A DNA stretch of 64,000 nt from Candidatus Levyibacteriota bacterium (GCA_003152105.1 PLZJ01000002.1:848112-912111); one strand, 5' to 3'; shown: positions 1 through 10,178, counted from the stretch's first letter. The notes: a model not told the origin generated them from the letters alone. Numbers and translations are program-made.

Positions 1-166
1 CAAATGCGTTTGTTAGGTTTTTGGATAATGAAATTAATTTGTCTTGCGATCGTGCAACGAGTGCTACTTTTGCACCTTTTTTATCTAAAAGTTCTGCAGT
101 TGCTCGACCTATTCCTGAAGAGGCTCCTGTCACTATTGCTATTTTATCTTTATAATTCATATTGTG

Positions 167-1681
167 TTAAACAAAACCGGGAAAGAAATCTTTTTTAATT
201 TGCTTTTCAGAAATTCCCATGCTACGAAGTGTTTGATCATATGCGTCAATCATAACATGTGGACCAGACAAGAAAAAGATTCTGTCTTTATAATCGGGAA
301 TTTCTTGTGTAATCATATTTTGATCTATTCTACCCAATCTTCCCGCCCAGCTTGTTAAGACAGCTTTTGTGTCAGTTAAGGTGTAAATAACCTTAATTCC
401 TAATTCTTTTTGAGCCATAGTAAATATATCACTATATACAATTTCATCTTGCGTTTTATTCGAGTACAAAAGGGTAATCGTTCTTTTTTCTTTTGTATCC
501 AACAAATATTTAATCATACTTCTAAATGGGGTAATACCAATGCCTCCTGCAATAAACACTAATTTTTTTGATGAATCTTTTGGAAGTGTAAAATCACCGC
601 TTAATTGGGCACCAATAATGGGAGTTTTATTATCCATCAAAAGCATTGCTTTTTTGTATGAACTCCCATTTTGATAAAATTTTACACCAAGTTTAATCTC
701 ATCTTCAGTAGGTGAGGAAGCAATAGTAAAATATCTCCTATTTCCACGACTATCAGTGTGTTTATGGGCAAAAGTCCATTCCATATATTGACCTGGAGAA
801 AAAGCCAATTTTTTGCTTGGCAAAAACAAGAATTCAAATATATCTGGAGCAAGTCTTATTTTTTGCTGCAGTGTAGAAAATATTTTAAATTTTGGAGAAA
901 CAAAATAGGCGTATATATTACCAGCAATAAGTGCCAATTCTGGTGTTGTATAAAAACTACCAATGTGGAATTGAGGCGCAAATAATATACCAACAATGAT
1001 GCCATATATTGCCTGTAATTTTTTGGTTGGAGGTGTTGTTAATGGTTCTGTTAGCATAACAAATGCAAAAAAGCATAGTGCAGTTGATAGGATAGTCTCT
1101 TTTAAAACAAGCAAAATATTACTCCCATTTACTACACTAAAACCTAAAATTGTTAGGAGTGTTGCAATGAAAAAATAGAATACCAAATCAAAACGTCTAA
1201 TTTTTCTCACTATTAAAAAACCAAGAAGCACAAAGGGCAGCATTGGCATAGTTCCAATCCACCAACTCGCAGATCCGTTAAATCCTATGGCCGTCAAAAC
1301 AACAGCTATTGCAACAGGATTGAAAATATGTTTTTTGTGAATTGTTAAAATATACTTTGAGGCAATTGAAAGCACTCCAGCAAAAAAGTACAGAGGTAAA
1401 TCTGAGAAAGATTTTATTGGCGAAATAATAAGAGAAAGTATTAACGCGGTAATGTATACAGATTCAACATTGGTTGGAACTGTATAAACATAAGAAAAAA
1501 GTTTGTTAGTCACCCAACATATAGCGGTAAGCAGTGAAGCTGATATGACAAGAAGCAATGGATTAAAGGGAAGTATGCCAAATATGCTATAAACAAACGC
1601 AACAAACAGTAGATACAATAAAAAATATAGTACTAATCGATACATTGTTATCGTATTTAATATGTCATCAATAAATTTCAT
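167..1681 (-). CDS. Membrane-anchored FAD/NAD(P)-binding oxidoreductase (ferredoxin-NADP reductase-like C-terminal domain fused to a polytopic N-terminal membrane domain)
   Basis: ~240-aa hydrophobic N-terminus with multiple predicted TM helices. C-terminal FAD-binding motif RRYFTIASSP (compare RLYSIASS) and NAD(P)-binding GxGxxP motif FIAGGIGITPF. Ends 3 bp from the FMN-binding protein gene. Confidence 0.6.
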   Translation of the reverse strand: MKFIDDILNTITMYRLVLYFLLYLLFVAFVYSIFGILPFNPLLLVISASLLTAICWVTNKLFSYVYTVPTNVESVYITALILSLIISPIKSFSDLPLYFFAGVLSIASKYILTIHKKHIFNPVAIAVVLTAIGFNGSASWWIGTMPMLPFVLLGFLIVRKIRRFDLVFYFFIATLLTILGFSVVNGSNILLVLKETILSTALCFFAFVMLTEPLTTPPTKKLQAIYGIIVGILFAPQFHIGSFYTTPELALIAGNIYAYFVSPKFKIFSTLQQKIRLAPDIFEFLFLPSKKLAFSPGQYMEWTFAHKHTDSRGNRRYFTIASSPTEDEIKLGVKFYQNGSSYKKAMLLMDNKTPIIGAQLSGDFTLPKDSSKKLVFIAGGIGITPFRSMIKYLLDTKEKRTITLLYSNKTQDEIVYSDIFTMAQKELGIKVIYTLTDTKAVLTSWAGRLGRIDQNMITQEIPDYKDRIFFLSGPHVMIDAYDQTLRSMGISEKQIKKDFFPGFV

Positions 1682-1683
1682 AC

Positions 1684-2223
1684 TTAGCTTTTTGCCTTAT
1701 TTAAGGCAGTTTGTAATGATTGCATGAATGCTTGACTAGAATCGGTAGCACCAGAAACGATATCTACATTTGCACTTTGCGCTTGTATTGCTTCTTGAGA
1801 GAGCAGTGGATCAGCTTGAGAATTTATAGCAACTGAAGTTCCCCGATCATTTGGATACTGCAAAAATTGAACGCTCGTAATTTTCCCATTGGAAATAGTT
1901 GCTTGTACTTGAATGAGCCCATAAAATGCATCTTCACTATCTCCAACAAACGTTCCATCTTTGTATGGAGAATTATTTTTAGGTTTTGGCGTAGGTGAAG
2001 GAGGTTGTGTTGCAGTTAGCGCTTGACTAACTTGCCCATTAGATACAGGTGTAGTAGGAGGAGAAGTAACAGTAGGTATACTGGTAGATATAGTAGGACT
2101 TGGATTAGTACTTATCGCTTTTGGGACAATAATTGGCAAAGCCTTATATCCAAACACTCGCTCATAGAATGAATACATAACAAATAGCATAATGACTGTT
2201 AATGAAAGAAGTATTTTTTTCAT
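1684..2223 (-). CDS. FMN-binding domain protein (extracytoplasmic, covalent-FMN acceptor type)
   Basis: N-terminal signal/anchor helix and Pro/Thr/Ser-rich linker. Carries the conserved DIVSGATDSS motif, which is the flavinylation-site consensus (SGAT) of NqrC/RnfG-type FMN_bind domains. Overlaps the ApbE gene by 4 bp. Confidence 0.6.
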   Translation of the reverse strand: MKKILLSLTVIMLFVMYSFYERVFGYKALPIIVPKAISTNPSPTISTSIPTVTSPPTTPVSNGQVSQALTATQPPSPTPKPKNNSPYKDGTFVGDSEDAFYGLIQVQATISNGKITSVQFLQYPNDRGTSVAINSQADPLLSQEAIQAQSANVDIVSGATDSSQAFMQSLQTALNKAKS

Positions 2224-2999
2224 AAAGTTGTATATTTATGCTTATGTGAATTTATATGATTGCGTGTGTAGCGATTAAACCCACTAGTAAATGTTGCAAT
2301 ACCATTTTTATCTATCATATACGCTTCGAAGCCCGGAAGATTTTCAAAAAAAATAATTCCATTTCTTTGCATTGCAAATGCTGCAGTTGCAAATCTATCT
2401 GCTTCAAGCACATTAGGTCCAATAACCGTAATGCTAACAATATCATCAAGCGAATCAGTTACCTGTAATGGATTATATATGTGTGTACCCCGAATATAAT
2501 TTCCGGATGTTGCTACGCCTTCATTTGCTATTTGTATTACTTTGATAATTTCATTAGTGTTAAATGGATTTTTAATTCCTACTGACCAGTTATTTCCATT
2601 TGTATTTTTACCATTAACCTGAATATCCCCACCTGCGTCAATATAAAAATTCTCAAATCCCATTTTCCGAAGCATTTTTGAAGCATTATATATTGACCAT
2701 CCTTTTACCACTCCAGAGGGATCTACTATTCCGTTATGTACTATATTAAAATATCCAAATGTTTCTTGATTTGTTTTCTCCGCAAGTTGAAGTATCTCCT
2801 GCATATCTTTGCTATAAGCATTTTCTTTTAATTTGTCATAATTTATAGCAGAAATTTCGCTCGTTTTTTTATATGTACTAAATTTATTGTCGACAGAATC
2901 AAAATAATTGAAAATTTGAAGTATTGAAGAAGCACTAGATCCCTTATCTAAAATTTCTATGGTAATTGGCATACCCATAATCCATTTCGTTTTTTTCAT
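2220..2999 (-). CDS. apbE: ApbE-family FAD:protein FMN transferase
   Basis: Motifs DPSGVVKGW and YIDAGGDIQVNG are typical of ApbE flavin transferases. Operonic with the FMN-binding acceptor protein. Confidence 0.7.
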   Translation of the reverse strand: MKKTKWIMGMPITIEILDKGSSASSILQIFNYFDSVDNKFSTYKKTSEISAINYDKLKENAYSKDMQEILQLAEKTNQETFGYFNIVHNGIVDPSGVVKGWSIYNASKMLRKMGFENFYIDAGGDIQVNGKNTNGNNWSVGIKNPFNTNEIIKVIQIANEGVATSGNYIRGTHIYNPLQVTDSLDDIVSITVIGPNVLEADRFATAAFAMQRNGIIFFENLPGFEAYMIDKNGIATFTSGFNRYTRNHINSHKHKYTTL

Positions 3000-3075
3000 A
3001 TATCTATATTAAATCATACTTTGTAATACTGAAAGTAAACTGAGGAAATGGTAAGAATATATTTTGTAAATGAAG

Positions 3076-3558
3076 TTACTTTTTTACACTTTTACCTTTA
3101 ACCTTTTCGTTCTTTTTATTCAAAACGATATAAAAAACTATTGCAATAATAATTGCAGCAAAAGAAAGCAATGAACCAAGTGGTATAGTGAAGAATCCAA
3201 ATAAAAGCAGTTGTTGAGTAGTGCAAGGAGCTGTTAGCGTACAAGGAGATATTACTTCTGGAATAATTTTGTAATATAACAAATTGTGATAAACAGCGAT
3301 TAAAAATCCACTAAAAGCCAGGGGGAGAGCATAATAAATAGCGTCAGTCTTTTTTTTAAGAAATCCTGTTAAAAAAATAAAAGGGAGAGGATACATAAAT
3401 ATCCTTTGATACCAACATAGCGCACAAGGAACAAAATGAGCGATTTCGCTAAAGTAAAGGCTCATTAGAGTAGCTATTGTTGCAATGCAAAATGAAAAGT
3501 ACTGAAGATAAATAAGATGTTTTTTTAAAAAACTCATGAATATAATTCTATTATACAA
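3076..3558 (-). CDS. dsbB: Disulfide bond formation protein B (DsbB/BdbC family)
   Basis: 160 aa with 4 predicted TM helices. CALCWYQR CxxC motif in the first periplasmic loop, plus a second Cys pair (CTLTAPC). Confidence 0.7.
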   Translation of the reverse strand: MYNRIIFMSFLKKHLIYLQYFSFCIATIATLMSLYFSEIAHFVPCALCWYQRIFMYPLPFIFLTGFLKKKTDAIYYALPLAFSGFLIAVYHNLLYYKIIPEVISPCTLTAPCTTQQLLLFGFFTIPLGSLLSFAAIIIAIVFYIVLNKKNEKVKGKSVKK

Positions 3559-3592
3559 AAAATGTCACATTTAACAACAGCGGTAAATGAGG

Positions 3593-4960
3593 CTATATAA
3601 ATAGGGAAACAATCGTTGCTATACCAGAAATTACCATAAATATTGTTGTTAACCAACCAATCATTGCGATAAAAGGCGGATTGACAAGTTCTTTTACCAC
3701 TTTTTTGCTGCTTGTCATTTGTACAATTAAGAAAAGTATTACTGGTGCGACTAGTCCATTTGCTACGGCTGAATAAATAAGCATTTTTATTGGATCAAAT
3801 CCTACAAAATTTAATGATAGACCTATTACCATTTGTAAAATAATAATGCCATAAAATGCTCGTGCATCCTTTAACTTTCTATATAATCCCTGTTTCCATA
3901 AAAAACTTTCAGAAATAGTATATGCAGCTGAACCTGCAAGTACAGGAATTGCAAGTAAGCCCATTCCTACAATTCCAAGACCAAATAGTAAAAACGCATA
4001 TTGCCCTGCGAGTGGTCGAAGCGCTAGTGCTGCCTGTGCAGCTGTTGAAATATTTTTAATACCATGCGTGTAAAGAACTGCAGCACATGTTGCAATAATA
4101 AAAAACATGACTGCATTTGAAAGAAACATTCCTGACCAGACATCTATTCTCATTTTTCGAATTTCTTTTTTTGAAACACCTTCTTGTCGAAGACGAATAG
4201 ATGTTTTTCCATGGAGTATTTCTTCTTCCACCTCATGAGAGGTTTGCCAAAAAAATAAGTAGGGAGATATTGTGGTTCCGAGTATGGCAGTAATTAGAAA
4301 AAATTGACCTTTTGAAAATGTAAGAGAAGGTATAACTAAATGATAAAATAACTGTTTTGGATCAATACCAACAATTAGTGCTGTTATTACATAAGAAAAT
4401 AATACAAGTACTAAATATTTTAAGTATTTAGCATATCTCTCATAAGGAGTAAATATCTGAACAAGTAGAACAAAAAGTGTAAAAAATATCGCAAGCACTG
4501 CAAAATTAAATTGTGGAGCAAATAATTTAACTCCCTCAGCCATTGCCCCTAAGTCTGCACCAATGTTTAGCGTATTTGCAATGAAAAGCAGTATTCCGCA
4601 TGTATAAAGAACCCATTTGGGATAATTTATACGTATATTTCCCGCAAGTCCTCGTCCAGTCATAAGCCCAATTCGGGCACACATTTCCTGTACAACAGCC
4701 ATTAACGGAAATGTGAATAATGACAACCATAACAATTGAAATCCGTATTGTGCACCGGTTTGAGAGTAGGTTGCAATCCCTGAAGGATCATCATCAGCTG
4801 CCCCTGTAACTAGTCCAGGTCCTAAACTTGTCCAGTAACCGTGTGCTTTCTTAACTTGCTTATGAGAAAGCGCAGAATCAGTAATTTTTTTTCCCGCATC
4901 AATACTTTTTTCGAGCATGAAAGAAGGTGCTTCTGCAATTTTTTCAATAGTATTGTCCAT
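3593..4960 (-). CDS. NRAMP-family divalent cation transporter (non-canonical metal-site residues)
   Basis: TM1 signature GPGLVTGAADDDPSGIATYS (NRAMP DPGN-like). ~11 predicted TM helices. The TM6 region TISPYLFFWQTSH lacks the canonical A-M-x-P-H. Confidence 0.75.
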   Translation of the reverse strand: MDNTIEKIAEAPSFMLEKSIDAGKKITDSALSHKQVKKAHGYWTSLGPGLVTGAADDDPSGIATYSQTGAQYGFQLLWLSLFTFPLMAVVQEMCARIGLMTGRGLAGNIRINYPKWVLYTCGILLFIANTLNIGADLGAMAEGVKLFAPQFNFAVLAIFFTLFVLLVQIFTPYERYAKYLKYLVLVLFSYVITALIVGIDPKQLFYHLVIPSLTFSKGQFFLITAILGTTISPYLFFWQTSHEVEEEILHGKTSIRLRQEGVSKKEIRKMRIDVWSGMFLSNAVMFFIIATCAAVLYTHGIKNISTAAQAALALRPLAGQYAFLLFGLGIVGMGLLAIPVLAGSAAYTISESFLWKQGLYRKLKDARAFYGIIILQMVIGLSLNFVGFDPIKMLIYSAVANGLVAPVILFLIVQMTSSKKVVKELVNPPFIAMIGWLTTIFMVISGIATIVSLFI

Positions 4961-5004
4961 ACTATAATTAAAGAGTATATTTTTTAATAAAGCAAGAAAG
5001 AGTA

Positions 5005-7554
5005 TTAATTAACAGGTTTAATAGCGTGAATATTCATTTTGTAATACCAAACTTTTGCTATATCTAAGGCAATAAAATAAACAACGGTTATAACAAGTAT
5101 ATAAGAAAATGTCGAAAAAGAAAGTGAAGTAAATGAAAATAGATGCGCAATAGATGGCACGTAGACAAATACTATTGCCAGTAAAAATACAAAAACTGTT
5201 GAAATAGTTAAAAGAAATGATGGGTTTTTTCCTTTCCAAAAATAATCAGTATTACGAATAGAAAATATAACTATTAATTGTATAAATGTTAAAAATAAGA
5301 AAATACTGCTTTCTGTTACATTTGATACGCGCAGATGGGTAGTGGCAAAAAAAATAAATTCAAAAAACATTGTCAAACTTCCAAGTAATAATGAAATAAA
5401 CATTAATGAATGGATATTAAAAAGTTGTGGTTTTCTAACTTGGTAATTATTTATATTATCAGAGTAGATAAAAATATGAGGTAAATCAGTAATAAGACTT
5501 GTTAATAAGAGTTGTACGGGAAGTAGTGGCAAAGCAGACGAGAGCAAATATAATCCGGCCAGTGCAAAGAAATTCCCGAAATTACCAACCATAGTATATT
5601 TAATATACTTATTAATATTCACAAAAACTCCTCTGCCTGCCTTAATACCATTAATAATAACTTCTAAATCACTTCGAAGAAGAAGTATTTCAGCACTATC
5701 TTTTGCCACATCAGATGCACTTGAAACGGCAATCCCAACATCTGCAAGTTTAAGTGATGGGGCATCATTAATACCATCACCTTGATAACCTACAACAAAC
5801 TGTTTTTTGAGCGCTTCGATAATTGCATATTTTTGAATGGGAGTTACCTGTGCAAATATAGGATTGGCTATTACAGCATTAGAAAAATCTTCTGGGTTCA
5901 TTTTCTGTAATTCTTCACCTGTATATATCTTATCTGTTGACTTTAGTAAACCTACTTCATTTCCAATAAATCGCGCTACATCTTTACTGTCTCCAGTTAA
6001 AATCTTAATTCCTACTCCTAAGCGCTGTGCAAGCTCAATGGTTCTTTTTGAAGTTGGTCTAAGAGGATCTACCAATTTTGCATATCCTAAAAATTGAAGC
6101 TTGTTTTCATGCTTTAGTATTGAAAAGTTACCTTTATATGCAATTTGCTTATATGCTATGCCAATATTTCTCATTCCTGACTTACTATCTAAACTAAGTT
6201 GCTTATGAATACTATGTTTTTTTGTATAGTTACTCAAAGTGAGTAATGTTTCTGTAGCGCCAATTACTACCAAGTAATATTTTTTGTCTTTTATATCTTG
6301 TATTATCAACCTTCTTCTTCTTGCTTCAGGATCAAATGATAAATCCTCAATTTGTTTAAATCGTTTTGCCTGTTCTTGAGTTTGATTATCTATATATGTT
6401 TTAAATGCATGATCATACGGATCTCGCAAGTGATTTTTTTTCTCGTTTGCAAATGCAATTGCAGCAATTGCAAATTCTTGAAATAATTTCGAATTCTCAG
6501 AAACAATTTCATTTATGCTAATTGCATTTTGTGTGAGTGTGCCTGTTTTATCGGTACATAGTAATGTAATATTTCCTAAGTCTTCAAGTGAAGAAAGTCT
6601 TTTAACAATTACATGTCGTTTTGCAAGATGAAGAGCACCTTTAGCAAGTGTAACGGTTGCAATGACTGGCAACGCTTCTGGGATTACCGCAATTGCTAAT
6701 GCAATAATAAAGAGAAAGTAGGTGGAAATATGACCTAAATCATGAGTAATTAATAATTTCGCGATAAATATTATAAGTAGTGTAAATAACGTGATGCGCA
6801 TTAAATAAGAGCTAAATAGTGAAAGAGATTTTTCATATTGGGTAATTTTACGAGTATTCGTAGAAAGCACTGCAATTGCACCAAGTTCTGTAGCTCCTCC
6901 CGTTGCATAGACAATGCCAATTCCCTCTCCCTGTTCGATAATGCTGCCTGCAAAAAGCAAATTAGCATAAGCTTTGCCATTTACAGTTGTACTATTTTTA
7001 CTACTTAGCTTGGAAACATTTGTTGACTCACCTGTTAACTGTGATTCGTTAACACTTAAACTATCTGAAGATAATAATCTAACATCTGCTGGAACTATAT
7101 CTCCTTCTTTGACAATAACAATATCTCCAGGAACTAGTACTTTTTCGTCGATTAGTACGTTTTTATTATCTCTTTTAACCAGTATTTCATGGCTAATTAA
7201 TTTTGAAAGTTCTTCAACTGCTTTTTCGCTTTTAAATTCTTGGTAAAACCCAAGTAGTGCATTTATAAAAAGTATTGCAATAATAACTAAACTATCTGAA
7301 TAGTCTCTCAGTAAAAACGATAGAAGAGCTGCTATTAACAATAAATAAATAAGTGAACTTGCAAATTGTTTTAATAATAATTGGAGTATATTAGTTTGTG
7401 TTTTTTTGAATACATTTTGACCATAAAAATGCAGTGCATTTGTTACTTGATCAATGGAAAGACCATTTTCATTCGAATGAAAATGAGCATATAACTGGTC
7501 AAGCGTACTTTTCGAAGCAATATCTTTATGCATATAATAATCATACATCAGCAA
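5005..7554 (-). CDS. Cation-transporting P-type ATPase (P2/P3-type, Mg2+/Ca2+-like)
   Basis: Phosphorylation motif CTDKTGTLT, hinge GDGINDAPSLKLADVGIA and TM4 PEALP motif. 849 aa. Confidence 0.85.
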   Translation of the reverse strand: MLMYDYYMHKDIASKSTLDQLYAHFHSNENGLSIDQVTNALHFYGQNVFKKTQTNILQLLLKQFASSLIYLLLIAALLSFLLRDYSDSLVIIAILFINALLGFYQEFKSEKAVEELSKLISHEILVKRDNKNVLIDEKVLVPGDIVIVKEGDIVPADVRLLSSDSLSVNESQLTGESTNVSKLSSKNSTTVNGKAYANLLFAGSIIEQGEGIGIVYATGGATELGAIAVLSTNTRKITQYEKSLSLFSSYLMRITLFTLLIIFIAKLLITHDLGHISTYFLFIIALAIAVIPEALPVIATVTLAKGALHLAKRHVIVKRLSSLEDLGNITLLCTDKTGTLTQNAISINEIVSENSKLFQEFAIAAIAFANEKKNHLRDPYDHAFKTYIDNQTQEQAKRFKQIEDLSFDPEARRRRLIIQDIKDKKYYLVVIGATETLLTLSNYTKKHSIHKQLSLDSKSGMRNIGIAYKQIAYKGNFSILKHENKLQFLGYAKLVDPLRPTSKRTIELAQRLGVGIKILTGDSKDVARFIGNEVGLLKSTDKIYTGEELQKMNPEDFSNAVIANPIFAQVTPIQKYAIIEALKKQFVVGYQGDGINDAPSLKLADVGIAVSSASDVAKDSAEILLLRSDLEVIINGIKAGRGVFVNINKYIKYTMVGNFGNFFALAGLYLLSSALPLLPVQLLLTSLITDLPHIFIYSDNINNYQVRKPQLFNIHSLMFISLLLGSLTMFFEFIFFATTHLRVSNVTESSIFLFLTFIQLIVIFSIRNTDYFWKGKNPSFLLTISTVFVFLLAIVFVYVPSIAHLFSFTSLSFSTFSYILVITVVYFIALDIAKVWYYKMNIHAIKPVN

Positions 7555-7759
7555 GAATTCTAATTACAATCGATGACAAGGAATTTTTGCACATTGACAG
7601 GCTTAGCTATGAGTTCTACAATTTAAAAAGAGGGAAAACAGGAGAAGAAAAATAATGGAAGACGACGATTATTACCGTAAAGTAAGTTTTGTTTTTATCT
7701 GTTACTAAGTCTACGTTATTATTTTTCTTCCCCCCTTTTTCTGTATTGGAGATAGTAGT

Positions 7760-8947
7760 ATGTTGTATTTATCTCAGCTTTTGAAAAAGAAAATTTTTTA
7801 TGGAAACACTTCACTAGTTAGTATTAGTGATTTTACTGTGTCTGGCGATCCAAAATCTCCATATATAACAAATCTTTTAGTTAAAAAATCGAGAAAGAAA
7901 TACTTAATTCCCGCAGATTCAGTTACTTACGATCAGGTGCAAAATCGTTTTACTGCTAAAAAGGAGGAGCTTGATTTTAAAGAAAGTAATGATACATATT
8001 TTTATCTTGTTGAAGATTTGTTAGATAAACAAGTAATAGACATAACTGGTAAAAGATTAGTTCGAGTAAACGACATAATACTTGAAGTAAATGGGAAATT
8101 AAAAATTACTGGAATTGATATTGGACTGTCTGGCATTACCAGAAGACTTGGGCTTAATTTTCCAAAACGAATCATCACGATTCCTTGGTCAGTAATTGAA
8201 GCATTTGATTATCAAACTGGAGATGTAAAAATAAAATTAAGTGAAAGTAAATTAAACACCCTTCATCCTGCTGAACTGGCTGATATTTTAGAAGAAGTTG
8301 GAACAAAAGAAAGAGAAGGAATAGTTGAAATTTTAGATGCAGAACAAGCTGCTTCAGCTATTGAAGAGGCAAATGAAGATACACAAGAAGCAATTATTGA
8401 GCATCTACCAACACCACAGCTTGAAAAGGTTCTTGAAAAAATGCGTACATCAGAAATTGCTGATGTTATTGATGAAGTGAATGAACATACATTTAAAAAA
8501 ATCTTGAAAATTCTTGGAAATGATCGAGCAAAAAATGTCGAAAACTTATTACGATTTCCAGACGATTCTGCAGGAGGGTTAATGCATTTATCCTTTTATA
8601 AGGAAAAGGGGGACAAAACAATTGGTGAAGTATTAGGACATCTTTCAAAAATTAAAGTACAACCCGAAGCAATTGTTGTTATTGATGATAATGATCTGCT
8701 TTTAGGTCAAGTACATGCTAATGAATTAATTAATATTGATCCCAATCTTCCCCTTAATAAACTCGTCACAACTTCTTACTCAGTTGATCAATATGCATCC
8801 TTTTCCTTAATACTTCGAAAATTCGCTGAATATAATCTTCGCGTTCTACCGGTAATTGATGAAAACAATAAAGTAATTGGAGTAATAACAATTGACGCAG
8901 TACTTCATAGGATAGAAGAGGAAAAAGAACATGCTGAGACGCTTTAA
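7760..8947 (+). CDS. Stand-alone MgtE cytosolic module (PRC-barrel-like N-terminus + MgtE-N domain + CBS pair) with no channel domain
   Basis: Acidic MgtE-N-like helical region (AELADILEEVGTKEREGIVEILDAEQAASAIEE...) followed by a CBS-pair-like region. No TM segments. The stop overlaps the start of the downstream NRAMP gene. Confidence 0.65.
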   Translation: MLYLSQLLKKKIFYGNTSLVSISDFTVSGDPKSPYITNLLVKKSRKKYLIPADSVTYDQVQNRFTAKKEELDFKESNDTYFYLVEDLLDKQVIDITGKRLVRVNDIILEVNGKLKITGIDIGLSGITRRLGLNFPKRIITIPWSVIEAFDYQTGDVKIKLSESKLNTLHPAELADILEEVGTKEREGIVEILDAEQAASAIEEANEDTQEAIIEHLPTPQLEKVLEKMRTSEIADVIDEVNEHTFKKILKILGNDRAKNVENLLRFPDDSAGGLMHLSFYKEKGDKTIGEVLGHLSKIKVQPEAIVVIDDNDLLLGQVHANELINIDPNLPLNKLVTTSYSVDQYASFSLILRKFAEYNLRVLPVIDENNKVIGVITIDAVLHRIEEEKEHAETL

Positions 8948-10175
8948 ATATCAACTAATTCGAATTGCCCCCATTTTACTCGTAATAGGTCCTGGCATCA
9001 TATCAGGTTCTGTTGATAATGATGCGGGAGGAATAACAACCTATTCAGTCGCAGGTGCACAATTTGGAACCACACTTCTTTGGGTGTTATTTCTAACAAC
9101 ATTTTCACTTGCAGTAACGCAGGAAGTAGGGGCAAGACTTGGCATTGCAACAGGAAAAGGTCTTGCTGCATTAATTCGAGAAAAATTTGGGGTTCGATGG
9201 ACTACGTTTATCATGATAGTTCTCCTAATAGCAAATTTAGGTACAATTGCTGCTGAATTTGCAGGTATTGCTGCAGCTTTACAAATAGTTGGTATGAGTA
9301 AATTCATAAGTGTTCCACTCGCAGCAGTAATCATATTTTTGCTCGTTACAAAAGGAAGTTTTAAAAGACTGGAGAAAATATTCTTAGTAGCATCGGCATT
9401 TTATATAGTGTATGTAATCTCTGCATATCTTGCACATCCTAACTGGACTAACGCATTTAAAGATCTGGTTATTCCAACATTTTCAGCAAATAAAGCGTAT
9501 TTATTAACACTTATTGCAGTCATAGGAACTACTATAACGCCATGGGGTCAATTTTTTATACAAGATTATGTTGTTGATAAAAAACTTTCAAAAGAGGACA
9601 TGAAAATTGAAAGAGGAGATGTGTTTTTTGGATCATTTATCACAAATATTATTTCGTTTTTTATCATAGTTGCTTGTGCGGCAACGCTATATACTCATGG
9701 AAGAGTAATTCAAGACGCAGCAGATGCAGCCGTTGCTCTTCAACCGTTTGCAGGACATTTTGCAACGATTTTATTTGGTCTTGGTCTCTTTAATGCTTCA
9801 ATATTTGGTGCTGCACTCGTTCCAATTTCAACATCCTATGTTATTACTGAAGCATTTGGTTTTGAATCTGGTCTTGATCATGGTTTTTCAGAAGCACCGG
9901 AATTTTATGGTTTATTTGCATTTTTATTAATTATCGGAGGCTTACTCGTTGTCCTTCCATTCCTGCCACTTCTTACTATTTTATTTGTAAGTCAAGCAGT
10001 GAATGCAATACTCCTTCTCCCCATATTTATATTTCTCTTACTTCTTTCAAATGACAGTAAATTATTAAATGGGTATTCAAACGGGAAATTTGTAAATACT
10101 ATCCTTCTTGTTACTATGTTTGCATTAGCTATTGCTTCAATTGCCTACTTTATTTCAATTTTTGTAACATTTTAA
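8931..10175 (+). CDS. NRAMP-related transporter (short, non-canonical; candidate NRMT-like Mg2+ transporter)
   Basis: GPGIISGSVDNDAGGITTYSVAGAQFG aligns to NRAMP TM1 but has DNDAGG instead of DPGN. Polytopic. Translationally coupled to the MgtE-N/CBS protein. Confidence 0.65.
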   Translation: MLRRFKYQLIRIAPILLVIGPGIISGSVDNDAGGITTYSVAGAQFGTTLLWVLFLTTFSLAVTQEVGARLGIATGKGLAALIREKFGVRWTTFIMIVLLIANLGTIAAEFAGIAAALQIVGMSKFISVPLAAVIIFLLVTKGSFKRLEKIFLVASAFYIVYVISAYLAHPNWTNAFKDLVIPTFSANKAYLLTLIAVIGTTITPWGQFFIQDYVVDKKLSKEDMKIERGDVFFGSFITNIISFFIIVACAATLYTHGRVIQDAADAAVALQPFAGHFATILFGLGLFNASIFGAALVPISTSYVITEAFGFESGLDHGFSEAPEFYGLFAFLLIIGGLLVVLPFLPLLTILFVSQAVNAILLLPIFIFLLLLSNDSKLLNGYSNGKFVNTILLVTMFALAIASIAYFISIFVTF

Positions 10176-10178
10176 TAA

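Noticed and set aside
4-358. Short plus-strand ORFs at the window start (4..198, 164..358)
   Set aside because: They overlap the 3' end of the FNR-like gene on the opposite strand or lie in low-complexity AT-rich sequence. No support.
7555-7759. Possible Mg2+ (M-box) riboswitch in the leader between the P-type ATPase and MgtE-N/CBS genes
   Set aside because: I could not recognise M-box conserved helices or sequence blocks by eye. Left open for a covariance-model scan.
5837-9334. Antisense ORFs within the P-type ATPase and NRAMP genes (5837..6097, 6974..7246, 9041..9334)
   Set aside because: Shadow ORFs opposite strongly supported genes.
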